Part shown: piece after piece, positions 13,583 through 24,000 of the stretch
Position numbering within the stretch: the first letter of the stretch is position 1
Layout: each line of letters begins with the position of its first letter
Assembly: GCF_037042905.1 (NCBI RefSeq)
Contig: NC_087245.1
Span: 19,718,001 to 19,782,000 of the forward strand
Direction of reading: 5' to 3'
DNA length: 64,000 nt
Source of the DNA: Lytechinus pictus
Taxonomy: Eukaryota
Notes under the pieces: generated by a model
Databases searched by the model: none
Seen by the model: the letters and a program-made list of their open reading frames with translations, nothing else
Told to the model about the DNA's origin: nothing
Program-made: the position numbers and the translations under genes

Positions 13583-14682
13583 CTGGTAAATTAATGTAAA
13601 CTTGTATCTTTGTAAAATCATGAATTTTTATCTTAAAATCAATAATTCTGATGATCACTAACACAGAAAAGCATATGTGGGACAGGACAGTGTAATATGA
13701 TTGATTTGAAAAATACCCGACATTTGATAGAATTACATGCTTATTTTGCTCATTTCTCAGCAATTACACATTTTCTTCCCGAGCTTTTTGGCACACATCT
13801 TTTATATATACATACACTTTGCTGGTAATTCTGTTGGATTCTGTTCGAACTCATTTTAAGATAGTTACTACTAGAGGTGCGCTATTAACTTAAGGCAACT
13901 ATGTAATGTAGGAAAAAATATACTGTATGTAAAAAAAAAAATACCTGAGTTGCAAAGTTTTCAGGATTTATGGAAGCTTGCATTTGGGTGAAAGAATCAT
14001 GCATCAATAAGTCTGATGAAAATAGTTTGTGGAACTGTTGTATTACACTATCACTTAGAAGGAAAAGACAGTAGTTGCAGCAAACAATTATTTCTTGAGA
14101 AAATCTATAAAATCAAAGTTAATTGTCAATATATTGTACATAATCTACATCTGGTACATTAATGTAAACTTGTATCTTTGTAAAATCATGAATTTTAACT
14201 TAAAATCGATAATTCTGATGATCGCTGTAAACACAGAAAAGCATATGTGGGACAGTGTATTATAATCGATTCGAAAAATACCTGACATTTGATAGAATTA
14301 CATGCTTATTTTGCTCATTTCTCAGCAATTACGCATTTTCTTCCCTACATGTAGCTACGTAGGCTTTTTATGTGAGCTGAGAGATTTCATACCAGATTTC
14401 CTTTGCTTGATAAAGTTCTTATGATAGTCTGTGTATCAGCATAGCATGTGTTCAGTGTTTTGAACCCACTGGAGATTGTGCATCATATCTTTATGTATGG
14501 AAGTCATTTTGCGTCTGCGGTCTCCATGGTTTTTTCAGGATCTATGTGTTGACTAGACCAGTCCCATATTGATATTTTCGTGCTGTGTCACTTTGGAAGG
14601 CCGTCTCTAATTGGTTGACTGGTGAGTTGGCAGATGCACAGCCCATCCCACTTTTCAATTATATCATTACGTAATCTCTAAC

Positions 14683-15305
14683 ATGTCTAAGATATCCACC
14701 AGATCAAGAGGCCGCTTGCACTCGGCTAACGCATGTACACAATCCTCTGCTTCATCATTAACTGGATCTAAACAAAGCCCAGCATATCTAGATCATATTG
14801 ATACAGTCGTTCAAAGAGCGGTGGCCGTGGCAATGGAACGCGAGAGACAAAAACTCAATGATGACATGGATAAGCGCGAAAATAAATTGCGTGAAATTCT
14901 TGATGAAAAGCTCACTAGTCTACACGTTCTTGAAATATCTATCGATACTAAATTGAAGCAACTCCGTGATTTTGAAAAATCGGTTTCTGATAACATGACT
15001 AACACCATAATGCTTTGTCAAATAGGCTTGACCACATCGAGCAGTACTCCTGTCGCAATAATATCCGTATCCGTATGAGATTGTTCGAAATGTAGCAAAG
15101 CAGATTGGTATCGATCTTACTCCATGTGACATTGATCGATCCCATCATCTTTGCCGACCAACTAGCAGTCATGATGTTCAACCCAAAGGATCATACCCCG
15201 GCGTGGCCCTGTAATGCCAACTTAGCAGCTCCACCAATCAATGTGAAATTCACTTCATACAGGCCGAAACAAACGATGATGAAAAATAGAGGAAAATGAA
15301 AATGC
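14683..15305 (+). pseudogene. Frameshifted LINE ORF1 (coiled coil plus RRM-like region, CR1/L2-type); no ORF2 follows
   Basis: Coiled coil (ERERQKLNDDMDKRENKLREILDEKL). Across frameshifts it continues DHIEQYSCRNNIRI, IVRNVAKQIGIDLTPCDIDRSHHL, PPINVKFTSYRPKQTMMKNRGK, matching the EQYSRRNNIRI...DIDRSHRL...PIIVKF pattern of LINE ORF1p. Confidence 0.75.
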
Positions 15306-16468
15306 TCAGGAACAGATGACTGGGTGCAGGCAGGCAAGGCAGTTCAGGTGGGATGAAAATTTATTGGCAGGACACCTTCCGTTTCAAATTACAGCATCTG
15401 CAAAAATAACAGAAGAGGAGAAACATAAAAACTTTTTCTACATAAACTACTTATTAATCTTCATTAAAAACTAGATGGTTTCAATATTAATTTCCAATTT
15501 ATTTTAAATGATTAAAAAACGATGTGGGGTTTGTTACATATTTTATACTTCAAATATTAACATGTTAAGTCAAGTCGGGGGGGGGGGGGGGCATGATGCC
15601 CTCAAGACCTTTAACCATCTCTGTATAAGGAAGGAAATTTTAGAATCAATTTATTTGACACATAAAACATATTATTTTTTTATAATTACAATTTTAATTC
15701 ATGCCTTTTTTATGTGTTTTAAATGGTTATGGGGTAACCAGGACCGAGAATTCGAACTTCGAGGCTGAAATACAGCCATTCCCTATGCCTGATTTGGCTT
15801 AAATTCAGGTCAAGGATCAATTAAATATATATTTTGCAAAAAAAATCTTTACAAATTTTGAGGTGGAATTAGTTTTCTGGCATCGCGAGATCGACCAATG
15901 CAAAATTTTATTAGCGCCAATTTACCATCTAAACTTGTCATTGAAATTAGAACATCCAAACCGATCTAGTACCAGTACTAGCACAATGAATCAATCAGCT
16001 ATGCATGTGCACCAATTCTGTATTTCTTGCATACGTACGTCACTCGAGTTAAAGTTCATGTCATTGCGTTATATAGCGTGGGAATTGTAAGAAAGTGATC
16101 CTTCAAAATTTTTACCTTCCAACAATTAACATTTTTAAAGCCTTTGTATGCATTTAGAGTACAAAAGCTTACAAATTGGACAAATTAAATGTTTGCCCCA
16201 AAATTATTGTGGGAAGGGTGGATTTTCTAGGGAAATCCATCTTAGTGTACAAAGTTCTACAGGCAACAGAGACTTGTCTAGGCTCCGTGAATGAAAATAC
16301 AATGAAAAAATATCACAGAGTCCTCGAAGTACAGTCAGGACCATTAACAGATTATAAGGTGCCCCGAGTTTGTGCACACCCAAATCTGCGTGATTCTGAT
16401 AATAGAGATTCCCAATGATCCCCCCCCCGAAAAAAAGGCTTTACATCTGAAATAGCCTTCTAACTTAC

Positions 16469-16652
16469 CTACTGCCCGATGCCTCCTATCATGTAGGGCA
16501 GCAACGAAGGATCTCCACTCCTGGCATCCAGCGATTCTGGGCCTTCTTCTGGAAACTCCCCCAGGCCAGGTCATATTCACTGACTTCATCTCCTCCTCAA
16601 CTCCTCATGTGTGACACCGAGACAGGTGGTTTTGTGTCTCCCTCTCTTTCTC
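16469..16652 (-). pseudogene. RTE-like LINE C-terminal fragment bounded by splice sites
   Basis: Translates EEEMKSVNMTW...EWRSFVAALHDRRH, resembling RTE ORF C-termini. Acceptor tttgacatttcag| at 16652 and donor TAG|gtaagt at 16469. Confidence 0.55.
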
Positions 16653-16751
16653 CTGAAATGTCAAACAGATCTATTCATTAAAAATCTTACTCAAAATGGT
16701 GCTTTTGGTAGAAAAATAATGAATATAGGGCATTTCGTGTGACGGCCTTAA

Positions 16752-17533
16752 CCCTTATTAAACTGGGGGGGGGGGGGTCAATTTGACCCCCCCCCCTCAA
16801 CAAATTTCATCACTACGCTGTCGCGCAAAAAATTTTGATCGCGCCGCTCACTGACTTTTTACTTTCAAGTCTCGCGCAAATTTTGAGACCAAATTTGTGA
16901 CGCCCGGGTACGCGGTTACGACATTACGCAACATTATGTAAGTGCATGTCAGACCCAAAATTGCTCATAAACATGATTTCATGTACAAATCCAATGCAAA
17001 TTGTGTATTTAGCCAAAATTCATAAATTTATCATTATTTCTACTTTTACTGATTAAACTTAATTAATTTTGCCTTGTTTATGATTAGAATTAAGTCTAGA
17101 ACGATTTCCATCGAAAATACAATAAAAAACAAAATGTAAAAAAACAAAGAAATACATGATTTAAAATTAAAAAAAATACATAAGAAATCGGTCTTGGTAC
17201 CAGATTTTTTTTCATTCACAATTGTTAGGAATGCTATAAAGAATATTTTCACCCAAAAAATAGCATTCTAGGAGCTTTATTTAGTGAATCAGAGCAAAAA
17301 GTATGATCTCATGAATAAATTAGCATACCGGTAATTAATTCATATATAAAATAAAAAATATGAATTCAGTGAAATTTACCAATGCAACTACGTAGATTAC
17401 GTCATTCTCTACCATCATGCAAATTTTCGTTGTGATCGTGCAATCCACGGCCGAGATCTTATAAGGGGGGGGGGGCAATAATACCCCCCCCCCCAGGAAT
17501 AACAAGAATCAAAATACCCCGGTAGATTTAGGA
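16752..17533. mobile_element. piggyBac-like non-autonomous element
   Basis: TTAA|CCCTTATTAAACTGGGG ... CCCCGGTAGATTTAGGA|TTAA, with poly-G/poly-C subterminal runs at both ends. Confidence 0.6.
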
Positions 17534-18105
17534 TTAAAAAAATTGTCAGTACGGTATATCATCGAGGATCTACATACTAATAGTACCGTACATGTAGATC
17601 TGGTACAGTTACATAAACTGAACTTTGTGAAATCTTGAAATCTACACTGAAAAATGTTCAAACTGAAGATCACCAACACAGATAAGAGCACGTGGGACAG
17701 TTATTATTGCTCTGATTAATGTCGGCCCGACGCTTGCCTTGGCTCGAGTTGACCCGAATCCTGTGCTTTTTTTGCTTATTTCGCAGCAATTACAAAATTT
17801 CTTCCAGAATCCTTTGGCACATACGGTATATTATTTATAAATATAGACAGACACTTTGGTGGTCATTTCATTGGATTCTGTACGAACTCATTTTGATATC
17901 GTTACCACAACTGGCATTTACCTTAAAAGTGTGCACTGTGTCTGTGCAGACTTGGGCCCTGAGCCCACCAGCGCAGCCTGTCCTATTCAGCATGCCGGCG
18001 CTCGGGGCAGCCACCCCGGCCGGGCAGTGTCAGTGCACGAAATCTAAAGCCAAAGGCAAGCCGCGCTCCGAAAAGAAAATCTTAGAAGATGGTTATCTAA
18101 CTTAC

Positions 18106-18330
18106 TGTTTGGTCTCCTGCGAATGCCTTCGAAGTCGTTATCCGAATCTTAATCGTGTTCTTAAAGTAGTAGAACTATTATTAACGGCCATCTTCGTAGC
18201 ACTTAATTCTCGATCCAAAATTAGGCTGCAACATTTAACGGCGAAAAACGGGAGCATTCCTTTTTCAAATTAAATGGTTGCGACTGCGCGCGCCAGTTGC
18301 ATGCAGTGCAGCGCGCATGCGCAGGCTCGG
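18106..18330 (-). promoter_or_regulatory. CpG-rich promoter and first exon inside the CMC element
   Basis: NRF1-type palindrome GCGCATGCGC at 18313-18322, YY1-type AAGATGGCC (rc 18186-18194), donor ACA|gtaagt at 18106/18105. Confidence 0.5.
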
Positions 18331-18719
18331 ATCATGAATTTTTTATAGGGGGTGAGCCCGGGGGGCGTGCATGGGGGGGGGGGGGGGGTGAGCTAACTAG
18401 ATAGGGGGTTTGCATGACACCGGGGCATGACACCACTTGCGAAAAAAAAAGTTTTAAAATAGATACAAACTTCTTTGACATATAAAGCTTCCTCTTGTTT
18501 GGTTTGGTTGGCAACCAGTTAAGAAATGATTATTTTTGCCACTGCTTTTGAAACTTTTTTCTTTGAAGAATTATATACTTTACCTAAAATAAAAAAAATT
18601 TTAGTTTTACTTTTCCTTTTATAAGTAGAAATAGCCTTGCTAACATGGCAAGGTTGAAAAAATGGCAAAATAGTATGTGGCTTTGAAATTAAACTTGTAA
18701 ATTTCCTCGTCGTTGATTG

Positions 18720-19090
18720 GTAAAATTTGATGTCATAATCACGTCGTAATGTGGTCATATGAAAACGCAAATTTCTTTGTCGTTGTTTGGTAAATAAATG
18801 ATGTCATAATCACGTCATAATGTGGTCATATAAAAATGCAAATTCATTTGTTGCAGATTGGTCGATAAATGACGTCGTAATCACGTCATAATCTGGTCAT
18901 ATAAGCGAGCAAATTTACTTGTCGTAAATTGGTCAGTAAATGACGTCGAAATCACGTCATAATCTGGTCAAATAAAAATGCAAATGAAAGTTGCCATTCT
19001 AAGTCGTCAAAATGACGTCGTAAGAACGTCATAAATACGACGACATGACGAGTATTACCACTTTACGATCAGTTAATGACGTCATTACGA
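18720..19090. repeat. Right subterminal tandem array (71-bp unit)
   Basis: ga(t/c)gtc...atcacgtc recurs at 18729, 18800, 18871 and 18942. Confidence 0.85.
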
Positions 19091-19398
19091 CCGTGTCTGC
19101 TATCAGGGACAATGTCATCGGACTATGTATTTTTATTGATGTACAAAATACAAGTATCATACCTTTTTTCTTACTTTTCCCAAACATTTCTAAAATAATA
19201 TTCAAAATTCATTCTTGGAGTCTTCATTAACCATACTATTGAACAAACGAAAAAAAAATCAACTAATCAACTCTACAATCTACCAAAAATTCCTCCTCGG
19301 CGCGGCCTAAAATCTGCCTTCAGAGTTATCAATAGACATTGATAACTCTGGCTGCCTTGTGTTGCTGCCCTCTCTACGTTTGTACCGGTACGTACTAT

Positions 19399-20844
19399 CA
19401 GGGTTGCCAACTGGCCTTTTTTCCGGCCAGATTCCCGAAATCTGGCCGTAAAAAAAGTAGCTTGGCCGTGAAAAAAAAAATTTCACGGCCAAAGAAATTT
19501 GGCCGTATTCTGGCCGTAAAACAGAAATCTTGGCCGTGAGTTTTCATTTCTGGCCTTTTTCATAATCAGATAGAAAATTTGATCAGAAAATCACTTTAAA
19601 TAGGTCTATGTATACCATAGAGATGTAGTTAGTATACATCTCTATGATGTATATACAAATGCAGTCAGGTCTTTCTGTGGGTCTACGGCATATACATAGA
19701 GATAGCGTAATTAGTATACATCTCTAGCTATGGGCATACACTAACTTATTAGTGCATACATGCATTGCATGTCTGTCTACGCATGACCGCAATCACAGCA
19801 TGCGTTCTCAAAACGCGCGATTAGTTGCGTGTGGTGGAGGGGATTCTTATTTTTATTTGGCAACCAGTCACCAACATCATATTTTCGCCATCATATATAT
19901 TATATTATTAACGTTTGTTTTCTTTAAAAAAAGTAATTGAATAAAGTAAAATTCAAATATTTAGTTCTTTTTCCTTTTTATTTTTTCTTTTTCTTTTCTA
20001 CGTCTTTTTTTCTCTCTTCTTTTTTTTATAGGATATCTACTAGGATTTAAAATCGAGTAGGAGTGTCTCACAATTTAAAATCAGGGCTTTTACTAAAAAT
20101 ATGTGATAAAAATATGCCTACTAGTATGCAAGTAGGATGACAGAGAAAGAAATGAGGAAAATCACAGCTCCAACAGGGGCGGGTCCAGCTTATCTGAAGG
20201 CTGTACATGTTTGGTTAGTCATGACCATATAAAGATGTAATCGCAAAATAAACAGTGTTTGGCTATATAATGTGATTAAAAGTAATCAAAAGCAGCACAA
20301 CCTTTACATATTACGTTTTCTATTTTTTTTCTGTTTTCTTCTTTCTCAATACTTCCTCAACTATTTTTTTTTCTCTCTCTCTCTTGTAATTTTTTTGTCG
20401 TGAGTTTGAAAATCCCCCATGAAGCTTGGCATATGATTATTGGCAAAACAAAACAAAACAAAAAAGCTCAATCTTTTAAATGCTCCTCCAATATAGCTGC
20501 ATGGGTAGTAACTGATGAACTAGATCGAAATGCATGGTGCTTTCATCGGCCGTTTTCCTCGAGTCGATAGTCACCAATGTACGTACTGACTTTGCGAACT
20601 ATTCTCCGCTCCAGCACCCGTTCCGCACGGTTTACATGAGATCTAACTTTTTTTAAAGAATGCAGGCTCTATTAGGGAAGCACATAGCATCATTAATTGA
20701 GTATAGGGGTATGTCTAATTTTTTTCCTAAAGTAGATAAAATTTGGCCGTGAAATTTGGCCGTGAAAAAAAATTGTTTGGCCGAATTTGGCCGCAAAATC
20801 TGTTGAGTTTGGCCGTGAAGACTAGCGACGATCTGGCAACTATA
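19399..20844. mobile_element. hAT-like non-autonomous element abutting the LAS1L start
   Basis: CAGGGTTGCCAAC left terminus, degenerate ...CTGGCAACTATA right terminus, TTGGCCGT subterminal repeats at both ends. No clean TSD. Confidence 0.55.
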
Positions 20845-20910
20845 GCTATATATTGCATATTGGAGCAAAACACATGCGCGTCTGCAAAGAGGAGAAAATT
20901 AACCACAAAA

Positions 20911-21041
20911 ATGCCTAAGAAATACACTTTCATACCATGGAGAACTAAAGATGAGTTTGAAAGGATTTATCACAAACTATTTCAAGGAGATCCTGGAGAG
21001 AAAAAGACAGCTATTGATAGGATATCTTCATGGAATTCTAG
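20911..21041 (+). CDS. LAS1L: LAS1L exon 1
   Basis: MPKKYTFIPWRTKDEFERIYHKLF...IDRISSWNSR; donor AG|gtaaac. Confidence 0.9.
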
Positions 21042-24000
21042 GTAAACAACCTGTAGTGGTAAACTTGTTGAGACGAAGTCGAAGCCGACCGAGAGCTATA
21101 CAGTACCGTATACCGGTACTACAATGACGTGCTCTCAGACTCGGGGAACTCCCCGGGTTCTAACGTGGAGTCGACCGTGCAAAACGAGGGAGACACGGGT
21201 AGCCTGGAGGCTTCTACTACTGAGTAAAAAATCATTTACTAACGTATGCTTACTCTCAACGAAGCCTGGAATTGCTTCCCATACATCTGCACGTACCGCC
21301 GGCGGTACCGGCCCAAAAACCCGAAACTTTTGCCCCCGAGAATGGAGATTTCTACTTCTAAAAAAGATCTAACAAAGTTGGCCCTAAAAGTAAAAAATAA
21401 TGTACATGGCCATGGTTTCATGGGATAAAACTTCATTTCCGCCATTTCTACGCTATCGATTTTATATTTAAACAAGAATTCATCGAAAAAATTAGAAAAA
21501 TATTATGAAAAGACGGAAGAGACTTGCCCGATGTTTACGCCGTCATCTTGTTTCCTATTCATTCCTATTTCCTTCTAAAAGATCTAGCCCTAAAATTTTT
21601 AGGGCTAGATCTTTTAGAAGGAAAGTAGAAATATCGGGGGCGAAAGTTTCTGGTTTTTGGCCGGTACGTGCAGATGTATGGGAAACAATTCCAGGCTTCG
21701 TTGAGAGTAAGCATACGTTAGTAAATGACTTTTACTCTCTAGAAGACTCCAGGCTACGGGACTGGGGTGGATTGGGTCTCACTAGTAATCTTAATAAAAT
21801 GTGGAAACAGAAATTATGCACTTACCACGATGATTATATGGATGAAGGTCTATCGTGACACAAATCAGTGACAAGTGACATCGAGGCACAGACTGGAACC
21901 TCAAAAAACAAAATATAGCCTCGGTCTCGATCGGCCATTTTCATGATTTTGTTTTGAATTTTGAAAGGAGAGGTAACACGAAAGAACTTTTCGGGTTTTT
22001 TTTAGGTTCCAGTCTGTGCTTCCTCAAGTTGGTGCCAAAGGTGCTTGTCTTGTGCTCATGCAATCCAATTTATTATGCCAATGAATTTTGTGAGCTCGTC
22101 ACTCCATCTCAATTTTTGACTACCCCGATTTTGTGATCCTAGCCATGGTCTCCATTCTGTGATGCGTTTGGTCCACCTATTATCATGTGATCTTGCAAGG
22201 TGGCCAGCCCATCTTCCATTTCATTTATTTAATTGCTTTGATTATGTCTATTACTCTAGTCTGGCTCCTAATCCATTGTATGGTTTTCCTGTCACGTTTT
22301 GATATCCGTAGCATTATACGTTCCATACTGTGTTGAGTGGTTTTTAATTTCTGTTCCATTTTCTTTGTTACCGAGGTTGTTTTACCTGACTGCTAAGAAA
22401 GCACGAATGCCTGTGAGCAAGCAACCAGTGGACCAACGGCTTAAGGTCCTCTCCGAGGGACCTGGTAATGAGGATAAATGCCTTACCAAAGGGCACTAGC
22501 GCACCACTTGGGAATCGAACCCGGGTCACCGGAATCCGAAACCCCCGCTCTACCGACTGAGCTATCGCGCCTCCCCTAATAGACCATGTTTCAGAACCAT
22601 AGGTCATTGCCGGTATAACGAATTGATTAAAGACTTTTCTCTTAAGGCAAATTGGCATATTGCTCTTCATAATGTCATTGAAATTCCGCAAAGCAATCCA
22701 TCCAGCTCTTGTCCTCATTTTAACTTCTTCCAGTTGTTCATGATCCATTCTGACATGTTGCCCAAGGTAGATATAATGATAATGATCTACTCTCTCGATT
22801 TCAGAATTGTCCATTATGATTCTTTGCTCTGTAGCAAATTTGTTGAACATTACTTTTGTTTTTTTCATGTTGATGTATTATTTGTATTATTGTTGTTTTA
22901 TTGCACTGTGATAGTTATATTCTCAACTTACATTCGCAATATGATTGACTGAATGAAGGTCAACATTGATACCTTGTGTGAAAGCTGCATTATAACACAG
23001 TTGCACCTTGATGTCAGTTTGAAAGTAAAAACCTTCTGTTTCTCTTTCTTTCCTTTTCAATTAATATGTCTTCAGGTACAAGAAGTTACCAGTAGCCATA
23101 ATATGTACAAAAAACCTTGTAGAACTCCAACTTGGAATGCCTGCACAGCAAAATGGAAACACAAGCACATTTATAATGGCATGCACACTTGCCATTACTA
23201 GGTAGGCATTGCAAGATTTCATTTTTTCTTACATCAGAGTGTGGTTCACATATTTTTTTATGAATGTTTCTTTGGTCTTTTGATACTGATATCAAATATG
23301 TTTAGAATAAATTGAATGCATAACTTTATGTCAAAGTACAATCTTTATAAAATGCCCATAGTCCAATTTTAGATTTTGTGTAATGCAAACAATTAAAATT
23401 ACCTTGACACATTACAGAATGTTTTTTTTTAATTGAAGGTTTGTCAATCTGATGACTGAGGAAAAGCAGAAATTTGGAAGAGGTATGCCTGTTCATGAGG
23501 TTGCCATGACAGTAAGTTTTTATGCTTTAATTGGTTTAGATAATGTTTAACAGCTCCTATTCACACAAATTCAGAATATATGAAGCATATTTTTTTAGCA
23601 TATGCTCCCTGTTTGTTTTTCAGTATTGGTCCTAATATTTTTTAAGACTTTTTGCCCACAAAACTTTAGTAATTGATTGTTTTCCATGTATGAAGCAAAC
23701 TAAAATATGTGGAAATAATTCTGGACAATTTGGGCTTTGTCAGCTAAAAATAACATTTACAAAATTAGATATGATTACCAAATAATGAATTTAACTGATT
23801 TATGAAACAATAATTATTTTACTTACATGTACATCACTAGATTGGCCTTCCAAAGTGGATTGTTGATATTCGTCATCAAGGAACTCATGGACACATGCCT
23901 AAACATGCCATCCTAGAGAGTGCTCTTAGGTTCAGTCTAGATTGGTTGAAGGAAACCTTCTGGGAGGCACAGATCAAGGAGATGTGTGCAGATAGGATCG

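Larger units (their letters stand above)
12905..14345. repeat. Tandemly duplicated repeat segment (12905-13890 and 13895-14345); related copy at about 17590-17925
   Basis: caactatgtaatgtagg...aaaaaatatactgtatgt occurs at about 12908 and 13897, with colinear downstream sequence. Confidence 0.8.
11797..19108. mobile_element. 7.3-kb non-autonomous CMC (EnSpm/Chapaev-like) DNA transposon with nested insertions
   Basis: TIRs CCCTGATAGCAGAaactggtaaaAATGACGTCAT vs (rc) CCCTGATAGCAGAcacggtcgtAATGACGTCAT. 2-bp TSD AC (11795-96, 19109-10). Subterminal tandem arrays at both ends. No transposase ORF seen. Confidence 0.75.

Noticed and set aside
17719..18273. 184-aa plus-strand ORF
   Set aside because: Spans a repeat fragment and the antisense strand of a GC-rich promoter; no recognisable protein.
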